DNA of 64,000 bases from Candidatus Falkowbacteria bacterium (lineage in GTDB: Bacteria; Patescibacteriota; Patescibacteriia; CAIXNZ01), in NCBI GenBank assembly GCA_963774955.1, contig CAVZGV010000003.1:64771-128770 (forward strand), in the 5' to 3' direction. Position 1 is the stretch's first letter; each line of letters opens with the position of its first letter. Made by a program: the position numbers and the translations under genes. Positions 39,742 to 50,450 of the stretch are shown one piece after another. Below the pieces are notes generated by a model. That model saw nothing but the letters and a program-made list of their open reading frames with translations. It ran no database searches and was not told the DNA's origin.

Positions 39742-40344
39742 ATGTACAGATATTCGGAAAAGAAAAATTCAAATTGGTTGCTGGTGTTGGCCATTTTTAT
39801 GGCGTTGCCGCTTGTTGTCCTTACTGCCGCCCGTTTTTACCAGCAGTACATGTTCAAAATTGAATGCACTGGCCATCTGAAGCGGGCGGCTGACGCCAAT
39901 GTCATCCGTCTGGCGAGTCAGGAAATGGACACAGCAATCCGCTATCTGGAAAAGAATGAGATGACCAGCGGTTATACTTCAGTGATAATTCAGACACCGG
40001 ATGAGGATGTGGGCTTCTGGTATCAGAATCTCAAGGCATCTGCGGAAGAGCTGGTTAATATTTCTTCGGAGGCAACGCAGCTGGAAAGCAGCAATGTGTT
40101 GATGAAATTGAGGGAAACTTTGTTGGATGAAGGACAAATCACTAAGGTTACTGTTCCCAGTGGCGTGGCTATATTTCCACATAATAAGGCCTATGCCCTT
40201 TTTACAGCCTTGGCAGCTCTGATGTTTGTTGGTGCCGCCATCCTGTATTTGCATAATTCCAAACAAAGTTTTACTTTGATTGAATTGATGATAGTGATCT
40301 CAATCGTCGGGATACTTATCACCTTGGCTTACCAGTATGCCTAG
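39742..40344 (+). CDS. Membrane protein ending in a prepilin-like FTLIELM motif
   Basis: AGGAGG SD, own promoter (TTGACA 39659), two TMs plus C-terminal KQSFTLIELMIVISIVGILITLA. Confidence 0.7.
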   Translation: MYRYSEKKNSNWLLVLAIFMALPLVVLTAARFYQQYMFKIECTGHLKRAADANVIRLASQEMDTAIRYLEKNEMTSGYTSVIIQTPDEDVGFWYQNLKASAEELVNISSEATQLESSNVLMKLRETLLDEGQITKVTVPSGVAIFPHNKAYALFTALAALMFVGAAILYLHNSKQSFTLIELMIVISIVGILITLAYQYA

Positions 40345-40532
40345 ATAAATAATAGGGGCGAGGAGAAATCCTCGCCCTTTTTTAATTTATTACAAATTTC
40401 AGGATAGCGAATATACAAATCGAGTACAAATATACAAATAACCTAATTCATTAATAAACTAATAGATATTGACAATAAGTATTTATTTCGCTACATTTGA
40501 TTTATGTTTCTAAGCCAAAGGAGGGACTGGAA

Positions 40533-40796
40533 ATGATAGGTTTTGCCATAATGCTTTCGATTTTGGGTGCGTGTGTCGTGACCGGCATTTTGTTGAGAAA
40601 GTTCAAGTTCAAACGCGACTGTGAGAATGAGATGATTGCCGGAGTTTGCGCCGGTTTAGCCAAAACCTGTGGCATTCAGCCTTTGTGGATGCGTCTGGGC
40701 TTTGTTCTTTCAACCGTATGTGTCGGTTATGGCCTGGGTCTCTATATTATATTGTGGATCGTCTTACCCGAGGATTTACCAGAGGAAGGGGTGTAA
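40533..40796 (+). CDS. PspC domain protein
   Basis: MIAGVCAGLA..WMRLGF..LYIILWIVLP; AAGGAGG SD. Confidence 0.85.
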   Translation: MIGFAIMLSILGACVVTGILLRKFKFKRDCENEMIAGVCAGLAKTCGIQPLWMRLGFVLSTVCVGYGLGLYIILWIVLPEDLPEEGV

Positions 40797-40800
40797 AGAC

Positions 40801-41073
40801 GTGGAAATTTATTGCTCGATCGGGGTCTTTTCTATCAGCCTGAGCATGTTCATTTTGATTATCCGGATTTCCAAAATCGGTCTGAGCCAACAAGGTAAAA
40901 AAATAGCCGGTGTTTGCGCCGGTTTATCTGAAGCTTCAGATATGCCGGTTTGGTGGATCCGCATTTTCTTTATGATTTTCTTCTTTTTTGTCGGGTATGG
41001 TTTTTTTCTCTATCTGGCGCTCTGGCTTTGCATGGTCAAAGTGAAGAAAAATACTCAGACGGAGACAAAATAG
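40801..41073 (+). CDS. PspC domain protein (tandem paralog)
   Basis: KIAGVCAGLS..WIRIFF..LYLALWL; start uncertain (GTG 40801). Confidence 0.75.
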   Translation: MEIYCSIGVFSISLSMFILIIRISKIGLSQQGKKIAGVCAGLSEASDMPVWWIRIFFMIFFFFVGYGFFLYLALWLCMVKVKKNTQTETK

Positions 41074-41160
41074 CAAAATAGTCTTTAAAAACGGCCGCTT
41101 GGCCGTTTTTTCCTTTTAGAATTTTTTTATTTTTTGAAATATTTATCCAGCCTATTAAAG

Positions 41161-41859
41161 CTATCTGAGATAACAAATTAAATTGGCATCAGCATAGATA
41201 CAGCTTTTAAATTGCCATAAGACATCAAGGCAAAAGACCACATCCTGGGCTCTGGGTAAATTTGAGTATTTTATTTTTTTAAAGACACTTTTGGCCACAG
41301 TGGCATGACCATGAGCCGGCAAGAGAACATAGGGCTTCTTTTGAGTAGGTTTGCGGTCGGTATAAATATAAATGGCCTGTTGACGTTTCGGTGGCCGGCC
41401 AAAGGTTAAGTTATAAATTTGTTTAGAAAACACCAGCCTTAATTTTTTAGGATTATATTTCTGCCAAGGGCAGACACCTGAAGAATATTGATGTAAAAAA
41501 AGTTTGGGCTGATATTTATCAAATATATATTTGGTAATTTCCAGCTTTTGCGGGTGACAGAGGTCATCTGCATCAAAAAAAACTAAAATGTCATAACGCG
41601 CAATTCTGGCGCCGCGATTCCGGTTTTGGCCTGCATATTGTTTTTTTAATGTGGTGGCAAAGGTAATAGGAAATTTACAGCTGGCCTGAAATTTACGGGT
41701 AAGTTTTAGGCCTTCTTTTTTGTCTGTTTCACTTAGAGCCACAATTACTTCATTTGGTAAAAGCGTAGATTGATTAAGGCTGGACAAGGCTTGAGGTAAA
41801 TCTTTAAGGTCAGGCGGATGGCAGGGGATAATAACCGAGATTTTGTTGTTTTTATTCAT
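41161..41859 (-). CDS. Glycosyltransferase family 2
   Basis: ISVIIP, AGQNRNRGA, FFDADD. Confidence 0.85.
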   Translation of the reverse strand: MNKNNKISVIIPCHPPDLKDLPQALSSLNQSTLLPNEVIVALSETDKKEGLKLTRKFQASCKFPITFATTLKKQYAGQNRNRGARIARYDILVFFDADDLCHPQKLEITKYIFDKYQPKLFLHQYSSGVCPWQKYNPKKLRLVFSKQIYNLTFGRPPKRQQAIYIYTDRKPTQKKPYVLLPAHGHATVAKSVFKKIKYSNLPRAQDVVFCLDVLWQFKSCIYADANLICYLR

Positions 41860-42136
41860 GTTGTTAGATTTTGGGGTAGTTACTGCTTAATTTTATCAAA
41901 ATACCTTAATTTTCGCAAAAATTAGAAGTTTTTCTTGATTTTTTTTGTTAAAAATGATATCTTTTTATTGTAAATTAGCCTTAATTTATGAATGGAAAAT
42001 CAGGAGTTTCATTACATATTAACGGCCGGGTGCAGGGCGTTTTTTTCCGTTTAAAAAGGCCACAAATATACAAATTTTTACAAATGATTACAAATTTGTA
42101 GTAATTTGTATTTGATTCGTATATTTGTAACAATCT

Positions 42137-43642
42137 ATGCATTTAGACAAGCTTTCACCGGAAGAACGTAAAAAATATCGCAAACGAGAATATATTCCGG
42201 GCCTGATGATCTGGTCGACTTTTGTATTTTCTGTTGTCTTATCATTTATAAAACCAATGTGGGTGATTTATTTTATAATTCTCTTCTCCTTATATTGGGT
42301 CTTGCGAATTTTTTATTTTATTTTTTACTCTATCTATTCGGCCTATATTTTTAATAAGGCGATCAAGATTGATTGGAAGGCAAAAAGAGAAAGCCTGTCA
42401 AATTGGCATGATTATTATCATTTATTTATTTTACCGACTGCAACCGAGCCTTATGAAGTTTTGGAAACAACTTTAAACGGTATTTTGGCCTGCAAATATC
42501 CGACTGAAAAAATAATCGTGGCGATTAGCTGGGAGGAAAGAAAAAAAGATGTTTATGACGCGGTTGAGCCCAGGATTAAACAGAATTTTGAAGGAAAATT
42601 TTATAAAATGTTAACGACGTTACATCCTGACGGCTTGGAGGGTGAAATGAAAGCCAAAGGAGCCAATGCCAATTGGGTGGGCTGGAAGTGCAAGGAATTA
42701 ATTGACCAATTGGCTGTTCCTTATGAAAAGGTTATTGTTTCATATTTTGATTGTGATACCTTTGCTCATGAAAAATATTTGGATTACCTGACTTATTTAT
42801 ATGCAACTCATCCCAATCCGACCCGTTCATCTTTTCAGCCTGCTGTTTTATATAATAATAATATTTGGGACGCGCCGGCGCCAATGCGCATCACCGCATT
42901 TTCAACGGTGTTTTGGCTTTTGGCGGAATTAATGCGTCCTGACCGTTTATATACTTTTTCTTCCCATGCCATGAGTTTTAAAGCTTTGGTTGATGTGGGT
43001 TTTTGGGAAAAAGATATTGTCACGGATGATTCGCGCATTTTTTTGCAGTGTTTTATCCATTATAACGGGGATTATGAAGTGACGCCGATGTATATTCCCG
43101 TTTCTATGGATACTGTTATTTCCGAAACATCGATCTGGAACGGGTTTGTCAGTTTGTATAAGCAGCAGCGTCGTTGGGGCTGGGGCGTGGAACATCTGCC
43201 GTACATGCTTTATCATTTCAAAAAGAAGAAAGATTTAATTCCTTTCAAAACCAGAGTTAAGTATATTTGGAATTTAACCGAAGGTATGTATTCTTGGGCA
43301 ACCGCGCCGTTGATTCTTTTTATTCTGGGTCGTTTGCCCCTATATGTAGCAGGCCCCGCAGTTAAAGAAACAGTCTTAGCGCAGAATGCTCCTTTTGTGC
43401 TGGAATGGATTATGAGCATCGGTATGGTTGGTATTTTTGTTTCAGCTATTTTAAGTGTGCGTCTTTTGCCGCCGCGACCGTCTCAATATCCAAAGTATAA
43501 ATGGTTAATTATGTTTGCCCAGTGGGCACTTTTGCCCATCAATATTATTATTTTCGGGGCTATCCCCGCAGCTGAAGCTCAGACTCGTCTGATGTTGGGA
43601 AAATATTTAGGATTTTTTGTCACGCCGAAAGCCCGCAAATAA
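42137..43642 (+). CDS. Membrane-embedded processive-type glycosyltransferase family 2
   Basis: DCD, TDD, QQRRW (QxxRW) motifs, N- and C-terminal TMs. Confidence 0.88.
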   Translation: MHLDKLSPEERKKYRKREYIPGLMIWSTFVFSVVLSFIKPMWVIYFIILFSLYWVLRIFYFIFYSIYSAYIFNKAIKIDWKAKRESLSNWHDYYHLFILPTATEPYEVLETTLNGILACKYPTEKIIVAISWEERKKDVYDAVEPRIKQNFEGKFYKMLTTLHPDGLEGEMKAKGANANWVGWKCKELIDQLAVPYEKVIVSYFDCDTFAHEKYLDYLTYLYATHPNPTRSSFQPAVLYNNNIWDAPAPMRITAFSTVFWLLAELMRPDRLYTFSSHAMSFKALVDVGFWEKDIVTDDSRIFLQCFIHYNGDYEVTPMYIPVSMDTVISETSIWNGFVSLYKQQRRWGWGVEHLPYMLYHFKKKKDLIPFKTRVKYIWNLTEGMYSWATAPLILFILGRLPLYVAGPAVKETVLAQNAPFVLEWIMSIGMVGIFVSAILSVRLLPPRPSQYPKYKWLIMFAQWALLPINIIIFGAIPAAEAQTRLMLGKYLGFFVTPKARK

Positions 43643-43757
43643 ACTAAGATTTAAAAACTAAAATGTAAGAGCTTTAACTAAAAAATTTATAACTGATTAG
43701 TTTTTAGTTCTAAGATCGAGTTCTTAGTTCTAACATCTAAGTTTTGAGTTATGTATT

Positions 43758-44840
43758 ATGCCTAAAGTCGCTATCAATTTGGTCACCTGGAACGGAGAAA
43801 AACAGATTGAATACTGTCTGAATTCTATCCTGGAACAAAAATTTCAGGACTTTTTGCTGTTGATTATTGATAATGGCTCTGTTGACAAGACTGTCGATAT
43901 AATTGAAACTGAGTATTTGCCCGCCTTTAAGGATAAAATAAAATTTGTTAAAAATAAAAGTAATCTGGGCTTTGCCTTTGCGCATAATCAGGCGATCTTA
44001 TGGACTGATTCGGATTATGTTTTAGTCCTCAATCAGGACGTAATTTTAGAGCCGGATTTTTTGGCTAAAGCAACAGAATTCATGGATGGTCATCATGACG
44101 TCGGCTCAATCAGCGGTAAGATATTACGTTGGGAATATCGGCAAATGGAAGACTTGAAAAAATGCGAAAAAACTGATATTATTGACTCACTGGGACTTAA
44201 AATTTTTAAAAGCCAGAGAGTGGTTGATCGTGGTTCCGGGGAAAAGGATTCGGCGCCTACCTCCGCTTTAACTGAGGCAAAAGCTTCGATGGACAAGTCG
44301 GCCGGCAGGCAATATGAAAATATTACGGAAATTTTTGGTGTTTCAGCAACTTGCCCGATTTACCGTCGTCAGGCCTTGCAGGATATCCGCTACGAAGATG
44401 AATTTTTCGATATAGATTTTTTTAGCTATAAAGAGGATGTTGATCTGGCTTATCGCCTTGCTTGGCGCGGTTGGAAAAGTTATTTTTTACCGGAGGTTAT
44501 TGCTTATCATGAAAGAGCCGCTAAGGGGCAGGAAAAAATTTCTCATTTGGCTTTAATTCGTCATCGTAAAGATAAATCAAAATTTGTTAATTATCACTCT
44601 TATAAAAACCATCGTTTCATTTTATTAAAGAATTTGAGTGGCCGCAACTTTTGGCGCTATTTTTTCCCGATTTGCTGGTTCGAATTTAAAAAATTTATTT
44701 ATTTGTTATTTGTAGAATTTTCTACCTTGAAAGCTATCGGTGAATTTAGGGCTAAGCGTAAGAAAATGAAAATTAAACGCCGTTTTATAATGTCGCGTCG
44801 GTTGATTAAAGACGATGAGATGAGAAAATGGTATTCGTGA
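43758..44840 (+). CDS. Glycosyltransferase family 2 with in-frame nested palindromic insert
   Basis: IDNGS.D, NLGFA..HN, LNQD, YKEDVDL; insert 44256-44309. Confidence 0.9.
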   Translation: MPKVAINLVTWNGEKQIEYCLNSILEQKFQDFLLLIIDNGSVDKTVDIIETEYLPAFKDKIKFVKNKSNLGFAFAHNQAILWTDSDYVLVLNQDVILEPDFLAKATEFMDGHHDVGSISGKILRWEYRQMEDLKKCEKTDIIDSLGLKIFKSQRVVDRGSGEKDSAPTSALTEAKASMDKSAGRQYENITEIFGVSATCPIYRRQALQDIRYEDEFFDIDFFSYKEDVDLAYRLAWRGWKSYFLPEVIAYHERAAKGQEKISHLALIRHRKDKSKFVNYHSYKNHRFILLKNLSGRNFWRYFFPICWFEFKKFIYLLFVEFSTLKAIGEFRAKRKKMKIKRRFIMSRRLIKDDEMRKWYS

Positions 44841-44980
44841 TAATAACCAATAATCAATAATCAAATTCCAAATAAATTCAAAATTACAATAATAAAAGCT
44901 AAAATTAGTTTGGAATTTTACATTTAGATATTTGTTATTGTTTGGTTGTTGGATCTTGGTTATTGTTTATTTCTAACATT

Positions 44981-45808
44981 ATGGATTTATCAATTATAAT
45001 TTTAAATTACAAAACTCGGGGGCTGGTTAAGTATTGCCTGAAAAATGCCATTAATACGGTTAAGAATTTAAATTACGAAATTATTGTTGTTGATAACGGC
45101 TCTAATGACGGGATTGAGAAGATGCTGGCTGATGATTTTTCGCAGGTCAGATTTTTTCAAACCGGAAAAAATAAGGGCTTTGCCACCGGCTATAATGTCG
45201 GTATCAGACAAGCACAAGGTAAATATATTCTTATTTTAACGGCTGATGTCACGGTTTTAGACGGCTCAATTGAAAAAATGGTGGAGTTTATGGAAAAAAA
45301 TCCGACGACTGGTTTGGCCGGTCCGAAAATTATTAATCCGGATGGGAGTTATCAGATTACCTGCCGCACTTTTCAGACACCTGAAATTATTTTATATCGA
45401 CGGACACCCTTGGGTTATTTTTCATTTGCCAAAAAAGAATTAGACAAACATTTATTGTCAAATTTTGACCGTCAGACAAGCAGGGAAGTTGACTGGGTTA
45501 TGGGCGCCTGTATGATTGTCAGGAAATCAGCTTTAGACCAGGTCGGGTTATTTGATGAAAGATTCTTTTTCTATGTCGAGGACATGGATTGGTGTCGTCG
45601 CTTTTGGGCCAGCGGTTATAAAGTCAATTATATAGCTGATGCGGTCGTGATCCATTTATACGAAAAAGCCTCTGATCACGGCATCTGGAATTTTTGGAAA
45701 TTGGACAAAATGGCGCGCTGGCATATGGTTTCCGGCATTAAATATTTTCTTAAATATTTAGGACAAAAAAATCATGGAACAGTATCAAACCCCGCCACAA
45801 CCAAATAA
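44981..45808 (+). CDS. Glycosyltransferase family 2 (WbbL/rhamnosyltransferase-like)
   Basis: DLSIIILNY, VVDNGS, DWVMGAC, FDERFFFYVEDMDWC. Confidence 0.9.
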   Translation: MDLSIIILNYKTRGLVKYCLKNAINTVKNLNYEIIVVDNGSNDGIEKMLADDFSQVRFFQTGKNKGFATGYNVGIRQAQGKYILILTADVTVLDGSIEKMVEFMEKNPTTGLAGPKIINPDGSYQITCRTFQTPEIILYRRTPLGYFSFAKKELDKHLLSNFDRQTSREVDWVMGACMIVRKSALDQVGLFDERFFFYVEDMDWCRRFWASGYKVNYIADAVVIHLYEKASDHGIWNFWKLDKMARWHMVSGIKYFLKYLGQKNHGTVSNPATTK

Positions 45809-47858
45809 TATCAACCTGCCTTCACCCGACTATACTCAAATCAGAGAAAAACCGAGAAAATCTTTAGCTAAGATTATTATCTGGGGTGCTGTTAAAATTT
45901 TAGCCTTAATTTTGGTATTGATTTTGATTTTTGGGGGAGCGATCGGTTTGATTTATTACGATAATATTAAACAAGCCTATAGTTTGTCCTTTTCGGCTAA
46001 GGCTGATTTGGAAAATACGGCTCATCAGATAATTAACCGTGATTTTAAAACTGCGGTTGAATCAATCAAGAGCGCTAACTCTAAATTTTTACAGGCTCAG
46101 AATTATCTCAATCAGGTGGTAATTGTGCGCCAGATTCCCTATATTGGCCTGCAGATTACGGGCGGTTGATAATGTTTTGGTCGCAGCTATAAAATTAACA
46201 GACAGCGGTCAGCAGGTTGTGTTATTGATTGACGATATAACAGCGCCTTTGAAAAATGAATCTATTTCCTATGCCAGTTTGAGTCCTGAACAAAAAAGGC
46301 AGATTTTGGAAAAAGTAGTCGCTTCTGAAAGCATGTTGCTGGAAGTTCAGATCCAAATTGATGAAGCTGACCTGGCGATTTCTACCATACCTTCAGAGAA
46401 ATTAGTTAAACCGCTGAGAGACGGAATTGCCCCGATTCAGCAATATTTGCCTAGAATGAAATTGCTTATTGATAATGCGTTGCCATTATTGAGATTAGTT
46501 CCCAAAATTGCCGCCTTTGATGAACCAAAATCATATTTATTCTTGTTGCAAAATAATTCAGAATTACGGCCTACAGGAGGTTTTATCGGGACTTATGGAA
46601 TATTAAAATTGCAGGATGGCGATATTAAAGAATTTGCCACAGATAATATCTATAATCTGGACCGTTCGACTCAAAAAATTGTGGCCGAACCTTCACCCTG
46701 GCCGATTGTTAAATATTTGGAACAGAAAGATTGGTCTTTACGCGATATTAATTGGGCGCCTGATTTCCCAACCACAGCGCAAAAGGCCTTAGATATGTAT
46801 GACAAGGAAAATAAGGTCTGGCTGGATTTGAAAAAATCAGGTCAGAAAATCTTGGGTGAAAAAGGCATAGAAATTACCGATGTTTTGCCCTACCAGGAAA
46901 ATTTATCAGGTGTCATTGCGGTTACGCCGGAGATTTTGGGTGAACTTTTGGGATTAACTGGTCCGATCGTTACTGATAATATGCTGTTTACCGCTGAGAA
47001 TTATCAGGATCAGCTGGAATTAATGGTGGGTAAAATGTATCAGGAATTAAATATTCCAGTTAACCAAAGAAAAGAAATTATCAGAAAATTGGCTGATCAG
47101 ATTAAATTTAAATTAACGACATTGCCTTTGAGCCAGTTGCCAGCCTTAATTGATATGGGTTTTAAAGCGATGGATCAGAAACAAGTTCAAATTTATGTCC
47201 AAGACGTTGATTTGGAAAAATTAATATTGGAGCGCGGTTGGGGTGGAGAAATCAAAGAAACTGACGCTGATTATCTGATGGTCGTAGATAGCAATCTGGC
47301 CAGTTTAAAAACAGATCAGTATGTCAAGAGAACTATTAATTATTCAGTTTATTGGACAAGGCGATGATTTAATTGGCAAGACTGAAATTACTTATCAAAA
47401 TAATGCTGATTTTACCTGGAAGTCAACCCGCTTAAGAACTTATACTCGGGTTTATGTACCTTTGGGAAGTGAATTAATCAGTTCAGCCGGCGCCATGGAA
47501 AATGATAAAATTAAAGATCCTCAATTACAGGCCGGTCAGGTAGAGGCAGCCACTGAATTTGGTAAAACTTTTTTTGGCGCTTTTATTTCCATTGAACCGC
47601 ATGAAACGAGGTGTTTTAAGCTTTGAATATAAATTGCCTGCAGCGTATCAAGGATTCAATTAGAATTTATAACTGCATATAATTTAAGTTGTACAGAAGC
47701 AAGCCGGCGTGTTGCCTGATTTGACTTTGGATCTAAAGTTTGGTAAAAATATTAAATCAGCGACTCCGGCTGAACCGGAAAATGAGTGGTTTAATAACTC
47801 GTATAATAATGCAATGTCTCTGGATAAGGACAAAAATATAGTGGTCGGTTTTAAGTAA
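45774..47858 (+). CDS. DUF4012 domain membrane-anchored protein, multiply frameshifted
   Basis: YLFLLQNNSELRPTGGFIG, RDINWAPDFP, KTD motifs across several ORF pieces. Confidence 0.85.
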
Positions 47859-47928
47859 GCTTTTAATAAATTTTCAATAATAAAATTTTCAAACATTGAA
47901 AATTGAATATTGAGAATTAAATTTCGAT

Positions 47929-48936
47929 ATGTTAAGAAAAAAGATCGGTATTGATTTGGGTACAACTAATATATTAGTCTATTTACCTAAAAAGGGGGTG
48001 GTTATAAACGAACCATCCGTGGTTGCGATTTCCACGACTGATAAAAAAATTCTGGCTGTCGGCATTGAAGCTAAGGAAATGTTGGGTAAAACGCCTGATA
48101 CCATTATTGCTAAGCGTCCCTTAAAGGATGGCGTGATTGCCGATTATCACACCACAGAAGCCATGCTTAGATATTTTATCAATAAAGCCTTAGGCGGTTT
48201 GCGAATTTTGCGTCCTGAAGTCATGGTCGCTGTTCCGGCGGGTATTACATCTACTGAAAGACGCGCCGTGGTTGATGCGACTATGGCTGCCGGAGCCAAA
48301 GCCGCATATATTATCAAAGAACCGATTGTAGCTGCGATTGGCGCCGGTATTCCGATTGGCAGCCCTTCAGGCAATATGATTATTGATAGTGGCGGTGGTA
48401 CCACTGAAGTGGCGGTTATCTCTTTAGGCGGTATTGTGGCCAGCGCTTCAGTCAGAATCGGCGGTAACAAATTGGATCAGGCGATTTTGGAATACACCAG
48501 GAGAAATTACAATTTAGCTATTGGGGAAAGAACCGCTGAGGATATTAAAATTAATATTGGTTCAGCCTTGCCTATGAAAGAGCCTTTAACCATGGAAGTC
48601 AGAGGCCGCGATATGATCACGGGTTTACCGCGTACAATTACCATGACCACCAATGACGTAGTGGAAGCGGTCAAATCTGCGCTGGAGGGCATGATTGAAG
48701 CGATTAAAGAAGTTTTACATAATACGCCCCCGGAATTATCCGCTGACGTGATTGACAAAGGCATTATCATGAGCGGCGGTACTTCGCTTTTGCGCAACAT
48801 TGACCAGTTGATTTCTAAAGCTACCGGCGTGCCGGCTTACGTTGCTGATGACGCCTTGTATTGCGTAGCCAAGGGTACCGGCATTGCCCTGGAGAATTTG
48901 GAAGCCTATAAGAGGTCAATTTTAAGTTCAAATTAA
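47929..48936 (+). CDS. mreB: Rod shape-determining protein MreB
   Basis: GIDLGT, EPSVVA, RPLKDGVIAD, DSGGGTTE. Confidence 0.97.
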   Translation: MLRKKIGIDLGTTNILVYLPKKGVVINEPSVVAISTTDKKILAVGIEAKEMLGKTPDTIIAKRPLKDGVIADYHTTEAMLRYFINKALGGLRILRPEVMVAVPAGITSTERRAVVDATMAAGAKAAYIIKEPIVAAIGAGIPIGSPSGNMIIDSGGGTTEVAVISLGGIVASASVRIGGNKLDQAILEYTRRNYNLAIGERTAEDIKINIGSALPMKEPLTMEVRGRDMITGLPRTITMTTNDVVEAVKSALEGMIEAIKEVLHNTPPELSADVIDKGIIMSGGTSLLRNIDQLISKATGVPAYVADDALYCVAKGTGIALENLEAYKRSILSSN

Positions 48937-49026
48937 ACTTAGATATATAATTATTTATTGAGTTATTGGCAATTTTGACGGATAAATAATTAGATAGTAT
49001 ACTATTGGTATAAGAGATTAAATTTT

Positions 49027-49293
49027 ATGGCCATGGATCAGGAAAAACAATTGCAGGAAATTTTAGAAATCGTCGGATTTATCAAGGATAATGCTGCTAT
49101 GAAGGAAAATTTGGATCGTTTTGCTACCAAGGAACAACTAGATGAAACTAAGAATGAATTAATGAACCACATTGATATTTTTATTGGTTTGCATCAGAAA
49201 TTGGATATAGAACTAACAGCCCTGCGTTCCAAGTACGATCGTTTAGAAACCTCAATGAAAAAGGTCTTAGATCATTTGCATCTACAGGCATAA
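49027..49293 (+). CDS. Small coiled-coil hypothetical protein
   Basis: FATKE motif, heptad pattern, terminator ~49328-49357. Confidence 0.65.
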   Translation: MAMDQEKQLQEILEIVGFIKDNAAMKENLDRFATKEQLDETKNELMNHIDIFIGLHQKLDIELTALRSKYDRLETSMKKVLDHLHLQA

Positions 49294-49421
49294 TTTCTGA
49301 TTTGCTCTAAAATGTTGATATTGTAGCAAAAACGTCACGCGTCGCGTGGTGTTTTTTATTTTATTGAAAATGTGGCCAAATATGCCTTTACTTAGCAATA
49401 TCTTTAGGCTATAATTAGGCT

Positions 49422-50444
49422 ATGAATAATTTCACTTGGCCGGTGGTCGGCCATCAGAAAATTCAGCAGTTTTTGCAAAAAAGCTTGGCCAATAATAAGC
49501 TGGGGCACGCTTATTTATTTTCCGGTCCGGTCCATCTGGGTAAGAGTCTGATCGCGGAAAATTTCATGGCTTCAATTTTGTGCGCTGATTACCATCAGCA
49601 GAATAAAAAAGAAGGCCAGAAATTACCTTGCGGGGAATGTGTGTTTTGCCAGCAGTTTAATAAAGGTATTCACCCCGACGTTTATTTTTTAAAAAAAGAA
49701 GAGGCTAAGAAAAATATCAGTGTGGAGCAGGTCAGGGAAATGCAGAAGTTTTTAAGTCTGACTTCATTCCTTAATTCTTATAAAATTGCGCTAGTAGTTA
49801 ATGCGCAGGATTTAAGCGAGAGCGCCCAGAATGCTTTACTCAAGGTTTTGGAAGAGCCTGCACCCAAAACGATTTTGATTTTAGTAGTTAGTGACTATAA
49901 TTTACTGCTGAAAACAATTGTTTCCCGTTGCCAGTTGATAAAATTTAGTTTGCTATCCGAAGAAGAAATTTTTCATCATCTCGTAGGTTTAGGTTCTAGT
50001 AGGGAACAGACAAAAATTTTAACCGCCTTGGCTTGCGGCCAAATTGGGTTGGCTATTGATTATCTGCGAAATCCTGAGCTGTTTAACGGCTATTTGGAAA
50101 AAATGGGTCGGATTTTGGGGATGTTTGACCAAAACTTGGCCACGAAATTTAAGAATATAGAAAGCATTTTTTCAGGCTCAAAAAACAATATGGAATCCGT
50201 AGAGGTCTTGGCTGAGGAATTAAATTATTGGCAATTAATTTTACGCGATATGCTTGTTACTAAAAATAGCGCGGATAATGTTTTATTTAATCTGTATTTC
50301 CGCGACCAAATTAAAAAGGTTGCAGAAAATTACTCGACCAAAAAGTTACTGGGACTGTTACAAACAGTAAAAAAGATAAAAATTTATTTAAATTATAATA
50401 TTAATCCGCGCTTAGCCGTGGAAAATTTACTTATAAATTTGTAA
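49422..50444 (+). CDS. holB: DNA polymerase III delta-prime subunit
   Basis: HAYLFSGP..GK, PCGECVFC, HPD, AQNALLKVLEEP, TIVSRCQ. Confidence 0.93.
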   Translation: MNNFTWPVVGHQKIQQFLQKSLANNKLGHAYLFSGPVHLGKSLIAENFMASILCADYHQQNKKEGQKLPCGECVFCQQFNKGIHPDVYFLKKEEAKKNISVEQVREMQKFLSLTSFLNSYKIALVVNAQDLSESAQNALLKVLEEPAPKTILILVVSDYNLLLKTIVSRCQLIKFSLLSEEEIFHHLVGLGSSREQTKILTALACGQIGLAIDYLRNPELFNGYLEKMGRILGMFDQNLATKFKNIESIFSGSKNNMESVEVLAEELNYWQLILRDMLVTKNSADNVLFNLYFRDQIKKVAENYSTKKLLGLLQTVKKIKIYLNYNINPRLAVENLLINL

Positions 50445-50450
50445 AATCCT

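Noticed and set aside
25536-41111. Cassette stacks as an integron
   Set aside because: No intI and no recognisable attC (RYYYAAC..GTTRRRY) sites; the units carry their own promoters and terminators.
2655-47858. Frameshifts in virB4, radA, rseP, pheS, DUF4012 (and the GxxExxY start) as programmed frameshifting or pseudogenes
   Set aside because: Multiple scattered single-base indels, including in essential pheS and a self-compensating pair in virB4 (~3972-4018, where the other frame reads QPTNVDMKNQLVVF), with no shared slippery motif. Best explained as sequencing/assembly error; read polishing would settle it.
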